DNA of 64,000 nucleotides from Eledone cirrhosa (GCA_964016885.1 OZ024748.1:35402001-35466000); one strand, 5' to 3'. Shown: positions 1 through 12,219, counted from the stretch's first letter. The notes: generated by a model not told the origin, from the sequence alone. Numbers and translations are program-made.

Positions 1-801
1 TTCAGGGTAACAATGCAGATGTTTTTACTTCAATCAATTTTATTACATATTTTCAATCAAAATTAAACATCTTTATACAAAGAATTGAATCGGACAATTA
101 CTCATTACTTTCAAACCTTGAAATAGAGCTTAAAAAGAGAGAAGATTTTGACTCCAGCAATCTAAAGAAGATTATTCTTTCTCATTTAAATGTGCTTTCC
201 ACAAGTTTTTCAGATTATTTTGACTTGATGGAAAAAGATATTGTTAGCGGAAATTTATGGATAAAAAACTCGTTCACCGAGATCGAGCAGTTAGTGTCAG
301 AAAATGACGCTGGAAATTGTAAAAATTTACTACCTGCACAATCAGTTGATGGATTTGAATTCAAACGAAGACCTGAAAGTGATATTCGAAAGCAGAAAGA
401 AAGAACTATGGATCGAATTATTCTTGATTGGGTAGTTTAATGAAATCAGCCAACTTGCATTGAAATATTTGACTTTATTCCCATCTAGCTATTTGTGCGA
501 AAAAGGGTTTTCGCAGTTGGTAGAAATCAGCACAAAGAAGATGAATAAACTGTCAGCAATTGACGAGTGTATGAGACTGGCATTAACTAGTGTTGAACCT
601 CGATTTTCTAAACTCACTGATGAGGGGCAACAGCAGAAAAGCCACTAGTTAATTGTGTTCGATTACATACACACGCATGAAACACTAAAATAAATAAATA
701 CTTTATTATTTTTTTTTGAAAAGTTTTGTATTGCATAGGTTCCGTGAAGAATTAAAAATATTTAGAGGGTTCCTCGGTTTTAGAAAGGTTGGCGACCACT
801 A
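1..801 (+). mobile_element. 3' end of a decayed hAT (Charlie/Buster-like) DNA transposon: disrupted transposase C-terminus and right TIR
   Basis: ORF 460-648 LFPSSYLCEKGFSQL...MRLALTSVEPRFSKL...QQQKSH* matches the C-terminal dimerisation region of Charlie/Buster-type hAT transposases. The upstream frame is broken. End 786-801 reverse-complements to TAGTGGTCGCCAACCT, a Charlie-like TIR. Confidence 0.8.
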
Positions 802-1030
802 GTCTACACACACACATATATAGTTAAGGATGTTTTTCCGAAACCGGGAAGAAACCACTGTTAAACGAACGAAAACTTTCTAGTTAGTCCTTTTTATGAC
901 ACTAGATGAGGGCAACGTCGTACCTTTCTGTCCATCTACCTCTCTGTCACCTCAAAAACACGCGACTTCTCTTTTCTCTCTCTATCTATGTACATATCTC
1001 CCACTTGGCACTCCCCCTCTCTATATAAAG

Positions 1031-1208
1031 TGGCAGTATCGGTAGAGGGTCGGACGCCATGCTTTCCAGCATAGTTAGGTCCCTTTACGATCTGAGTTCA
1101 AATCCCGCCGAGGTTGACTTTGCCTTTCATCCTTACGGGGTCGATAAAATAAAGTACCAGTAATGCACTGGGTAATTGCTGGCCTTGTGCCTAACGTAGA
1201 AACAATTA
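1031..1208 (+). mobile_element. tRNA-derived SINE, family A
   Basis: A-box-like TGGCAGTATCGG, B-box GAGTTCAAATCC, central GACTTTGCCTTTCATCC...GGGGTCGATAAAATAAAGTACCAG, tail GGCCTTGTGCC...AGAAACAATTAT; several other copies in the window. Confidence 0.8.
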
Positions 1209-1241
1209 TAATATATATAGAGATATAGTGTGTGTGTTTAT

Positions 1242-1317
<76 letters not shown>

Positions 1318-1578
1318 GGAAAAAATGAAACGAAATTTCATTTCCCACTCTTAGTACGGCTGTTACTTAAATATAAGTATGTATACGTACATACATATAT
1401 GTATACAGACGTACAGTAGTATGTATATATATATACATACATGAACACATATATATATGTACGTATGGATTCACCGAACATTTATTATAGTGCTCGGTGT
1501 GTTTGTAAACAAACATCCCGTATTAAGCCGTAGTGTCTAGCAACCATCGTTGCTCGTTTGTTCAACACTGACAAAGGA

Positions 1579-1621
1579 ACGCTGTACTAGTTTCAAGCTT
1601 ATTAGCTATCGTCAGCAACGT
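1579..1621 (-). ncRNA. Minimal type I hammerhead ribozyme
   Basis: Minus strand ACGUUG CUGACGA U AGCU AAUA AGCU U GAAA CUAG UA CAGCGU: stem I ACGUUG/CAGCGU, stem II AGCU/AGCU, palindromic CUAG in place of stem III. Confidence 0.85.
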
Positions 1622-2401
1622 ATACCTTCCTGCCAGATTGTTGAACGTATATACTTACCTTATGCATATTAACGGCTGAGTAACCCAATTTGCATATCGA
1701 GTGGGTTAATCGGCCGGGTGCACCAAAAACGTTAAACGGAAAAAATGAAACGAAATTTCATTTCCCACTCTTAATACGGCTGTTACTTAAATATAAGTAT
1801 GTACACTTACATACATATATGTATACAGACGTACAGTAGTATGTATATATATATACATACATGCACACATATATATATGTACGTATGGATTCACCGAACA
1901 TTTATTATAATGCTCGGTGTGTTTGTAAACAAACATCCCGTATTAAGCCGTAGTGTCTAGCAACCATCGTTGCTCGTTTATTCAACACTGACATAGCTAA
2001 TAAGCTTGAAACTAGTACAGCGTTCTTTGTCAGTGTTGAACAAACGAGCAACGATGGTTGTTAGACACTACGGCTTAATACGGGATGTTTGTTTACAAAC
2101 ACACCGAGCATTATAATAAATGTTCGGTGAATCCATACGTACATATATATATATGTGTGCATGTATGTATATGTATATACATACTACTGTATGTCTGTAT
2201 ACATATATGTATGTACGTGTACATACTTATATTTAAGTAACAGCCGTACTAAGAGTGGGAAATGAAATTTCGTTTCATTTTTTCCGTTTATCGTTTTTGG
2301 TGCACCCGGCCGATTAACCCAATCGATATGCAAATTGGGCTACTCAGCCGTTAATATGCATAAGGTAAGTATATACGTTCAACAATCTGGCAGGAAATTA
2401 T

Positions 2402-2444
2402 ACGTTGCTGACGATAGCTAATAATCTTGAAACTAGTACAGCGT
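2402..2444 (+). ncRNA. Minimal type I hammerhead ribozyme (second copy, one stem II mismatch)
   Basis: ACGTTG CTGACGA TAGCTAATAATCTT GAAA CTAG TA CAGCGT. Confidence 0.75.
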
Positions 2445-2646
2445 TCCTTTGTCAGTGTTGAACAAACGAGCAACGATGGTTGCTAGACACTACGGCTTAA
2501 TACGGGATGTTTGTTTACAAACACACCGAGCTTATAATAAATGTTCGGTGAATCCATACGTACATATATATATATGTGTGCATGTATGTATATATATATA
2601 CATACTACTGTACGTCTGTATACATATATGTATGTACGTATACATA

Positions 2647-2712
<66 letters not shown>

Positions 2713-3273
2713 TGTATATATGTGTGTGTGTAACATGCACATATATAAATGAAGTATCTTCTTTGGATATGAAAAAAGCGAAAAAAACCGAGTACTTGTG
2801 GTCGTATGTCTGGGATATATGACAGAGAGGAGGGGGGAGACAGAGACGAGCAGGGAAAGAGAGAGAGAGAAGGAAATAGGGAAAGAGAAGGAAACAGAGA
2901 AAGAGAGGAAGGAAAAGAGAAACAGAGGGAAGTGGGAGAAAGAGAAGAACAGAGAAGAGGGAGAGAGAGGGGGAGAAAGTGAGATAGACAATGAAAAGTT
3001 TATAATTTAAACGGAAATAAAAGAGAGAACAAAAAAGCCGAAGACAAGATAAATGATAGGTTATGTCCTCTCTTGTTCTCGTCTGCTTCATTCAGTCTGG
3101 GTCAGACGCCATTATTTTGTTTGTTCGTTATATGAATGTTACTTGTTTTAACAATACAAGAAAGAGAAAGACGAAAGACATGCTTTTCATTAAATGTTGT
3201 AACTTCTAGCCACGCCACCACACCTTTGGCAAATATTTTCCGCTGAAGGTTGCTCCAGACATTGTGTGTGTGT

Positions 3274-3314
<41 letters not shown>

Positions 3315-3328
3315 TGTCTGTATGTATG

Positions 3329-3365
<37 letters not shown>

Positions 3366-3511
3366 ATACTTTGGGAGGGCCATGTTGCCAATAAGAAACA
3401 CACGCACCAGTTACTTTCACTTCAATTTATTATAATAAATTTATAAATTTAGGAATTTATAAATTTCCGGTTGGTTGGTTGGTTCGACAACCAGATGATT
3501 GTTTATATATT

Positions 3512-3554
3512 GTCAAAGTTCTTTCGTCACACATTCTGTGACCTCTTCAGTGAC
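3512..3554 (-). ncRNA. Hammerhead-like motif in the inverted pLTR (sense copy 5196-5238 has CUGAAGC)
   Basis: Minus: GUCA CUGAAGA G GUCACA GAAUG UGUGAC GAAA GAAC UU UGAC; stem I is only 4 bp. Confidence 0.6.
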
Positions 3555-3672
3555 TGGGGATTCTTTTCTTTGATTTTGTGCAATCATTTTCTTGTGCAAT
3601 CATTTTCTTTAGTTCATCGTGGTTTTCGGGGGTCCGTATGGCTCTGGTCCACCCGTTCCATGCGGTGGGGGC

Positions 3673-5002
3673 CAGTATAAAATTAACTCTTAAGGAACAT
3701 ATGTTCAAATTTAATGGAAAAACATATGCCCAAGAGGAGGGAGCAGCCATTGGTGTTAACATTGCAGGTGACATAGCTAACCTATTCATGGTATGGTGGG
3801 ACAATAGACTTAAACTTAAACTTAAAGAACAATTAGAAGACAGCAACCTCTTAACCCTGATAATATACTCCCGCTACGTTGATGATATAAACATCGTAGT
3901 AAAAACACCCCCACTAGAGAACAGTCAGGAATTAAAGAAAAACACCATGGAAAGCATCCAGCAAATAGCTAACTTCATCCACCAGAGTATTAGAGTTACT
4001 ATAGACTACCCAAGCAAACACCCCAACCATCGATTACCTGTACTAGACACAGAGCTCTGGTTAGATACTATCAATAACAAAAAACAGATCCTCCATTCCC
4101 ATTATGCCAAACCCTGACTTCCAAATATCTGATCCACCGAAACTCAGCTATTTCGGACCATACCAAAATCAACATACTGATTGCGGATTTGGTACGGGTG
4201 ATGAGAAACGTGTCCCGCATGTGCAACCCCAAAGAACTAGAGAGACACATACATCACTTCATCCACCGTATGCAGTTCTCTGGTTACAACCAGAGAGATA
4301 AGATCAGTGTATATAGAGGAGCCAGAACCAAATGGGTAAAAATGGTAAATAATGATACAAATGGGACCTGCCCCTTGTATAGGAGCAAATTTTGGAATAG
4401 AATAGAAAGAACTAGGAATAAGGCCAATAGAATAAACTCATGGTATGATAGCAATAAATACCAGAGTGAAATGTTCATCAATACAACCCCTAGAGGTGAA
4501 TTAGCTTACAAATTCAGAAGGGCCCTAGATAAACAAACTCAATATTAAGATAGTAGAAAGACCAGGTACCTCCATAAAAACAGTTATTAGCAATACATAC
4601 CCTTTTCAAAGACCTCCCTGTATAGACAAGAAATGTATAATCTGTAAACTAAGCCCCCATATTAACTGTAAAACTAGAAATGTAGTATATAGCATAAAAT
4701 GTACTGAAGGACAATGTAGAGATAAGAATATAGTGTACATAGGTGAGACAGCTCGTAGTATAGGAGAACGGATAAATGAACACTGGCGAGAGCTTCAAGA
4801 TAGTAAAGAATCATCTGTACTCTACCAACATGCTAAAATAGAACATAAGGGTAAATTAAAGAACATAGAAATAAAAATAGAATCTACACACAGAAAAGAC
4901 GCAATGTTTAGACAAATCACAGAGGCAATAAACTTAAATGAACTCCAACCAAAATTAAATAGAAAGCATGAATGGAACAGCAACATTACAACTTACAATT
5001 AA
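3673..5002 (+). pseudogene. Penelope-type reverse transcriptase C-half, thumb/linker and GIY-YIG endonuclease (two frameshifts)
   Basis: GAAIG..IAGDIANLFM, YSRYVDDI, LPVLD, HYAKP; Cys-rich linker; NVVYSIKC...YIGETARSIGERINEH...EA...P.LN. Frameshifts near 4115 and 4540. Confidence 0.9.
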
Positions 5003-5443
5003 GGACAAAATGAAAACACACACATAGAACAAACAACCAACCAGTAACATGTAAATAAACAAATAAATAAACAAATATAAACTCACACAGACACCCGGAT
5101 GTAACACATGCGCAAACTAAGCACACAACACACAAACACAAGATGGCGTAGGACAGAACAAAGGAGAGGCACAACATCAAAGAAAAGAATGTCCAGTCAC
5201 TGAAGCGGTCCCAGAGTGTGTGACGAAAGAACTTTGACAATATATAAACAATCATCTGGTTGTGGAACCAACCAACCAACCGGAAATTTATAAATTCCTA
5301 AATTTATAAATTTATAATAAATTGAAGTGAAAGCAACTGGTGCGTGTGTTTCTTATTGGCAACATGACCCTCCCAAAGTATAACAATATCGGTTTCAACA
5401 CACGTTTTCAGATAAAGAAGCTTGCTAAACAAATTCAGAAACG

Positions 5444-5491
<48 letters not shown>

Positions 5492-5494
5492 CCA

Positions 5495-5921
5495 AAAGTT
5501 AAACAAGGTTCATTGATTAATCAATGACTATAGTTTTACAATAGATTAGAAGCACTCAACAGTGTTTTTCTGGAGTTATTAATATTAATTCAAAATATTA
5601 ATAACTATAGACATTCAACGTAATCAAAATATATTTTATTATATATATTTCGGAGGTACTGTGCTGTTTTTTCAGTACGTCCTCACCAGATAAAATATAT
5701 AAATTGATGTATGACATACCTCAACTGTGCTGATGGTTCAATTCCAGTCTTGAGTGCCAAGACTGGAATTGAACCATCAGCACAGTTGAGGTATGTCATA
5801 CATCAATTTATATATTTTATCTGGTGAGGACATACTGAAAAAACAGCACAGTACCTCCGAAATATATATAATAAAATATATTTTGATTACGCTGAATGTC
5901 TATAGTTATTAATATTTTGAA

Positions 5922-5928
<7 letters not shown>
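5495..5928 (-). mobile_element. Fold-back element (arms 5582-5752 / 5758-5928) with a hammerhead-like motif in each arm
   Basis: About 171-bp near-perfect inverted repeat with a 5-nt loop. Plus arm 5811-5880: TATATTTTAT CTGGTGA stemII GAAA TATATA TA ATAAAATATA (core A6 to G). Flanked by (TA)n. Confidence 0.8.
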
Positions 5929-6000
<72 letters not shown>

Positions 6001-6076
6001 GTAGACAAGTATATGAACTGCTATCTATCTATATACTGTATATCATTTTTCCAGGGTCTTTTTCAGAACATAATGT

Positions 6077-6310
6077 GAAGGCAGGTGGCTTCGTGGTTAG
6101 GTTATTCCGCTGACGGTGATACTGTCGCTGGTTAGATTCCTAGACTGGACATCAAGTTGTGTTCTTAAGCAAAACACTTCACTTCACGTTGTTCCAATCA
6201 ACCCAGCTGGGAGTTAAATCTGTGATCGATTAAGGCCCCTCTGTCTAGGGGAGACTTGGGGTTAAATCTGTGATGGACTAACCTCATCCCTCCCCCGTAT
6301 AGAGGAGACT
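6077..6310 (+). mobile_element. tRNA-derived SINE, family B (decayed)
   Basis: GTGGCTTCGTGGTTAGG (A-box-like), GGTTAGATTCC (B-box-like), GTGTTCTTAAGCAAAACACTT...CCCAGCTG body shared with 13220-13455. Confidence 0.6.
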
Positions 6311-6823
6311 TTGGCCGATCAAGGAAGGACACGTTAGACAACGTAGTGTTAGATACTAACGTGTCTGAACAATAAATCAAATGAAAGAAACAGAAAACAA
6401 AATGTCTTTGATCATAAAGTTTGTGAGATGATGGCATACTTGAAGTTAAGCAACAATAGCAGCAACAACAACAACAACAACTGCTGTAACTATAACAGCA
6501 GCAACAATAAAACAACAATGGCAATTATAACAACAAGAATAACCATGACAATAACAGCAACACTAAAACAACGACATCAAAACGTCACCAGCACCAGACG
6601 ACAACAACAACAACGAAACAACATCACCAGCGCCAGACGACGACGACGACGACAACAACAACAACAACAACAACAACTGCAACATCAAAACAACATCACC
6701 AGCACCAGACAACAACAACAGCATCAACAACCGTTTAAAAAAGGGAAAAACACGATGGATAATGTAGTTCTAGATAATACATAGAAAATAGACGGTCCAA
6801 ACCCTTTTGATGATAACGTCTGC

Positions 6824-6940
6824 TCAATCTGAGCTGACCTGTAGATAAACAAGTTAAAACCCTCTCAATCTGAGCTGACCTGTAGATAAACTACAAGGAG
6901 GGTTAAAAGCCGCTCAATCTGAGCTGACCTGTAGATAAAC
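6824..6940 (+). repeat. Three direct copies of CTCAATCTGAGCTGACCTGTAGATAAAC
   Basis: Copies near 6824, 6864 and 6913, separated by short related linkers. Confidence 0.85.
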
Positions 6941-8693
6941 AACAAAAACAAACAACATATTTTATATATGACTCACTTCGGAAGTTGTGCATCAAATAAC
7001 TATTGTGTTTTGATGCTGATGGTGACAGGAGACCTTCATTAGCGTGTTCCGGCCCTCTGCACTCCGAGTTCAAATTCCACGAAAACAATGTCACCTTTCA
7101 ACTTCTCACGGTCAATAAAATAAAATAGTAGTGGAAGGCGGTGGAGTGTCGGGTTTTGTGTTCTAATGAACATCGTTGCTCAGCTGTATCGGGCCTTGAC
7201 TTTCGTTTAGACACCATCAGTGACGTGGAGAGGGAGAATAGAATAGAATAGAGGAGGAGAGGAGAGTGGTGGAGAGGAAAGTAAAGTAGAGGAGCGGATA
7301 GGAGAGATTTGCATGCTTGGACAAGTGATGGTTCTTCCACAAGTAAATGTTGCTCAGGCTTGTGATTTCGGTGTCGAACTTTCTAGAAGTAGATCCACAG
7401 TCTCACCAAACATTAATGTATAGGTCAGGGGATAGAGGTTAGTGTCCCAGCCATTTCATTTTACGTTGTACCAGTCCAGTGGTGTCTGGTCCTGTGAGAG
7501 GAAGTGTCTTCAGAATAGGACTGCGGTCCTTATCATTAAAACACTCGAGAAACCTCGTACGAGGCCAGATAAACCTACATAGTGATAAATTGTAACAACA
7601 ACAACAACAACAACAACAACAATCCAGCCCTCCACAAATACATCCATTCACTCACATCCACCGCCCACCCCGTATGTTATTCACCAACCCTTTAAGTCGT
7701 TTACTCCCCATATCCACTCTTAAACAACTGTGTGACATTCACACCAGTTTCACAATAAGTCATGTTTTCACTCAGTTAGGCGCCAAATCATTTGCTGCCC
7801 TTTCTCTTGTTATCGTTGTTGTTGTTGTCTTACCAAATCAACTGACACAACCTCTGCTCCGACAACACAAAACTGTTTTAAACTATTCAAATATATTTAT
7901 ATTCATCTAAAACAAACTTCCATTATAATTTTATGTAAGAAGCTTTCTTAAGTTATGTTCCATTAGAAATATATGGAAATAGTTAAACAGGAATAAATGT
8001 TGTTTTTTCACCCCATCTGACCACCACGAATATAATGTATGATGAAAGTCATTCCAGATGTGACCACCACGAATATAATGTTATCTACACGTTTGTGAAA
8101 AAATTCTCCTGTTAGATAATAAAGCATGAAACTATAAAACTGATAGCTCCTTGCACAATTATCAAGTATGTCCTCTTCTAAAGACTCGGCTGCTATTACT
8201 AGCAGTTTGAGCAATGACCATATAGAAACGCCTTTACCCAATCTAGAAGGAGCGAGATAGTCTAGATGGTTGAGATGCTAGAAATACAAGCTAAGTTAGT
8301 AACAGTTTGATGCTGTGACCTATTTTATTGATCCTGGATTTGAAATCAGAATATAGAAACGAGCATTGGTTGCTGCTGGGGCGGTGGGAGCATTTCTGAA
8401 TTGGGGGTGGGGCCAAATTTGGACAATTTAGTTGTAATGATTAGTTTAACGCTTTGTACTATAAAATGGTCAGAAAACCTCGATATGAGATAAACATAAC
8501 ATGTAGATAAATTGTAGCACATATCCTGATAGATCTGTTTTGGTAGTTTGGGGAGAAAATATAATTATTGGGGGTGGCATGCCCCCCTCCCCCCCAGTTC
8601 CACCACCAATTATGCTCCGTGCCCTTTGTTAAGGGGTTATTATATGGAGCTTCGACGCATTCGGTAAGAAACTGAAATTATACCCAATTTATT

Positions 8694-8750
<57 letters not shown>

Positions 8751-8753
<3 letters not shown>

Positions 8754-8993
8754 AAAATCTGCTTCGTAGAATCAAGACGTATCTGAGGACCTTGCGATTT
8801 TCAGAGTCAGGTTCGATCATCACATCGATCGTGCCTCGAACTGGTCGCCAGAGAAACGATTGTAATATGTCCAATAAATTCCAATCGCCGCACCACTGAT
8901 TCTCTTTTTTTCTGTGATATCATACTCTGCTCTATTAAAGCATCGAGTGCTCACACGGCCTACCGCATACGGACGCTTTAAGCATCCAACACC

Positions 8994-8997
<4 letters not shown>
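8751..8997 (+). mobile_element. Short non-coding hammerhead element in (TA)n
   Basis: 8776-8871: GACGTAT CTGAGGA long stemII GAAA CGATTG TA ATATGTC. The 3' part is homologous to 10745-10822 (minus). Confidence 0.75.
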
Positions 8998-9053
<56 letters not shown>

Positions 9054-9090
9054 ATGTGTGTTTGTGTGTGTGTTCATTTATTATAGCTAT

Positions 9091-9215
9091 TGGTGAGCTT
9101 TGTTACTCTAGAGTTTCACCTGCGCACTCACAGGATCACCAGTCTTGTCTGATGATCATGTGAGTACACAGGGTAACAAGACTTAGCCATAACTCTTCGG
9201 TATTGAGTTTTTATT
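9091..9215. mobile_element. Decayed fold-back with two partial hammerheads, related to 12261-12476
   Basis: Minus: CTGGTGA TCCTGTGAGTGCGCAGGT GAAACTCTA GAGTAACA. Plus: CTGATGA TCATGTGAGTACACAGG GTAACAAGAC (GAAA segment deleted). Confidence 0.6.
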
Positions 9216-9409
9216 CTTACGTCCGTCAATAATTCACGTATTCTCAGGTCTTGAATAATCGTCCCCATCCCCAGCGTTAGTTAATTTGTCAGCCTCTTCC
9301 CCCGGTTTTTTCCCCACCCCATCCAACCCCCGCTTGTTAAATAGACAGTAACAGCGTGTTTCATAAACAGGTGAATATGAATGTGTGTACTATATATATA
9401 TATATATAT

Positions 9410-9590
9410 AACGAAGGAAATGTGGTAAGGAACCAGGTGGACCATAACGCACCAAAGTACTCAATACTTGAGGTAGTAGAGTGGGTAATAGGAACCAGTA
9501 AGACCCCGACAGCTGAGCTCAAGCCGTTTCGACGGCTAATTCTGGACTAAAAAAAAAAAAGTTTTTTTTTTAGTCTTATTGGTTCCTATA
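9410..9590 (-). mobile_element. Short (TA)n-inserted element, family C, copy 1
   Basis: Reverse complement of the body at 10578-10711 and 22401-22532; short inverted 5' piece. Confidence 0.85.
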
Positions 9591-10004
9591 TATATATATA
9601 TATATATATAAAGATGGAACATTAGGAAAGGTTGCTGCTGCTGCTGCTGCTACTACTGCTGCTACTACTACTACTGCTGCTGCCTGTCCCCCACCACCAC
9701 CATCACTACTACCACCACAACCACCACCACACCACCACCACAACCACCACAACCACCACCACTACTACTACTAACACTACGACTACCTGAACCCCCACCC
9801 CCAAGGAGTTTAAATTACTTAAAGGGGTGTTGTCGTTATAGTTATCCTTTTGTTATTATCTTCTTTAGGATTCGCGTGACCCCCCTCATCGGGGGATAAT
9901 GCTAGAGGACAGATGGGTCTGTGGGGGTAGATGTGAGACAGTGTTGGCGGTGGTGGTCTAAAGCGGTTGCGGATCATTAAAGTATCTTTATATATATATA
10001 TATG

Positions 10005-10485
10005 TAGGAGGTGAGTTTTATTGTAGCACAATAAAGCAATGCAAATATCGGATAAGTAGCACTCTACAGTTTGTAGGACTGGAGTATAAATAATATAAGA
10101 TCAAAAGATGGTTAAAAGAGTTCCAAGTATTTTATTATGCGCATTTCAAAAACAAATATCATCATGGGATGATATCTGCGTTCTCATCAGATAAAATAGG
10201 GATACATGATATGAAGCTTAAAAAACACTTGTGAATAGTGAAGTTTTAAATCAACATATGAAAAATAATTTAAGATTGATGTATGAGATTGGGAAAAGTG
10301 AGGTCAATCTTAAATTATTTTTCATATGTTGATTTAAAACTTCACTATTCACAAGTGTTTTTTAAGCTTCATATCATGTATCCCTATTTTATCTGATGAG
10401 AACGCAGATATCATCCCATGATGATATTTGTTTTTGAAATGCGCATAATAAAATACTTGGAACTCTTTTAACCATCTTTTGATCT

Positions 10486-10493
<8 letters not shown>
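10005..10493 (-). mobile_element. Fold-back element (arms 10090-10279 / 10304-10493) with a canonical hammerhead in each arm
   Basis: 190-bp inverted repeat with a 24-nt loop, plus a unique tail on the left; (TA)n at both ends. Confidence 0.85.
10385..10455 (+). ncRNA. Minimal type I hammerhead ribozyme (mirror copy 10128-10198 on minus)
   Basis: TATTTTAT CTGATGA [GCAGATATCATC/GATGATATTTGT stem II] GAAA TGCGCA TA ATAAAATA: complete core with palindromic stem III. Confidence 0.88.
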
Positions 10494-10517
<24 letters not shown>

Positions 10518-10522
<5 letters not shown>

Positions 10523-10709
10523 AACAAGTATGACCCCGACGGCAGAGATCAAGCCGTTTCGACGGCTAATACTAGACTGAATTAGCCGTCGAAACGGCTT
10601 GAGCTCTGCCGCTGGGGTCATACTTGTTCCTATTACCCACTCTACTACCCTAAGTATTGAGTACTTTGGTGCGTTATGGTCCATCTGGTTCCTTACCACA
10701 TTTCCTTCG

Positions 10710-10711
<2 letters not shown>
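10518..10711 (+). mobile_element. Short (TA)n-inserted element, family C, copy 2, with ~50-bp fold-back
   Basis: 10518-10570 is inverted to 10580-10633; contains GAAA CGGC TT (possible hammerhead 3' half). Confidence 0.85.
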
Positions 10712-11105
<394 letters not shown>

Positions 11106-11378
11106 GTGAAGTAATTCCGTCGGAAAGGTACAGGAAAAAAGAGTGCTCTATGTAGGCTACAGAGCTTATTAGTTATGTAATAAACAACAGAGATAATTAT
11201 TTTATTTACCAGTGGTTTCTTGAAAGCAGATATTTATATCTGTTTTCAGTCGTCAGAAGGAATAAAAAAATAAAAAAACGTTTTTTATTCATTCTGACGA
11301 CTGAAAACAGATATAAATATCTGCTTTCAAGAAACCACTGGTAAATGAAATAATTATCTTGTGTTGTTTATTACATAA

Positions 11379-11380
<2 letters not shown>
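11106..11380 (-). mobile_element. Fold-back element (arms 11171-11269 / 11281-11380) with a hammerhead in each arm
   Basis: About 100-bp inverted repeat plus a unique tail at 11106-11170; bounded by (TA)n and (CT)n(TA)n. Confidence 0.82.
11288..11349 (+). ncRNA. Type I hammerhead ribozyme (mirror copy 11201-11262 on minus)
   Basis: TTCATT CTGACGA C TGAAAACAGATAT AA ATATCTGCTTTCA A GAAA CCACTGG TA AATGAA. Confidence 0.85.
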
Positions 11381-11421
<41 letters not shown>

Positions 11422-11661
11422 GTGGTAGGAGGTATATGTTTCAGTGAAAATATGTGACTTAATGGGTAAGGTGTTCGGCTCACAACGGCCAGGTTATGAG
11501 TTCGATTTCCAGCAGATCTATATAACCTTGATAGGTTTCGACCAGTATTGGCCCAGACCATGTCTAAGTTAATAGTGTAATATATATCGAGTCCTCTTTG
11601 GATTTTCGTATTTGTATTTATTATTACTACTATACTATACACACACATATATATATATATA

Positions 11662-11760
11662 AAGGCTGCCCCCCAAAAATGTATACACACTTTAACACCA
11701 TTCTAATAAATATTGCCTGTACAGGTAATGACAGTATGTATACATTTTTGGGACACCCTG
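11662..11760. mobile_element. Tc1/mariner-type MITE
   Basis: TIRs resembling CAGGGTGTCCCAAAAATGTATACA at both ends (left one degenerate); TA-rich context. Confidence 0.7.
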
Positions 11761-11774
11761 TGTGTATAAATATA

Positions 11775-11811
<37 letters not shown>

Positions 11812-12111
11812 GCATACATACATTTATTTTTATTTACTTATTCAAGCTGTGTCTCTTTCATGGTTCAGGTAATTATGAATTGTTAATTAAAGCCTATAAT
11901 TGGTAATTATAGCTTAGTTTAATGGTTGAATGGCGGAACAAGCTAAGAATTTCTGACGCAATTTAAAAAACGTTCTTAATGCCACTTGAACGAAAGTACA
12001 GAGGCGAGAACGGCTCAAGAATGAATCACCAACGAACTAAAGTGATATCTGTAACCCGCCCCCCCTCTCTCTCTCTCGGTATGTATATATATATATATAT
12101 ATATAACCAGG

Positions 12112-12163
<52 letters not shown>

Positions 12164-12172
12164 CCAGGTTAT

Positions 12173-12213
<41 letters not shown>

Positions 12214-12219
12214 ACCAGG

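Larger units (their letters stand above)
1314..2652. mobile_element. Fold-back element built of tandem ~420-bp hammerhead-containing units (retrozyme-like or Penelope pLTR derivative) between (TA)n tracts
   Basis: 1321 and 1741 begin identical blocks (420-bp period). 1370-1993 and 2028-2652 are inverted copies. Hammerhead cores at 1579-1621 (-) and 2402-2444 (+), with a junction-damaged copy near 1988-2025. Confidence 0.8.
3359..5445 (+). mobile_element. Penelope-like retroelement, 5'-truncated, with inverted pseudo-LTR, inserted in (TA)n
   Basis: RT and GIY-YIG coding remnants. 3359-3581 is an inverted copy of 5169-5389. A short unique tail at 5390-5445 is followed by (TA)n, and (TA)n also lies on the left. 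Confidence 0.92.

Noticed and set aside
820-890. Possible hammerhead remnant (GAAACCACTGTTA)
   Set aside because: No CUGANGA half.
6824-6940. Three 28-bp repeats with spacers (CRISPR-like)
   Set aside because: Linkers are short and related to each other; looks like local slippage at a retroposon tail.
8375-8610. Possible MITE with GC-rich ends
   Set aside because: The inverted ends match only loosely and no TSD is visible.
9840-9900. Minus-strand CCGATGA...GAAT hammerhead-like remnant
   Set aside because: Core and stems are too degenerate to support.
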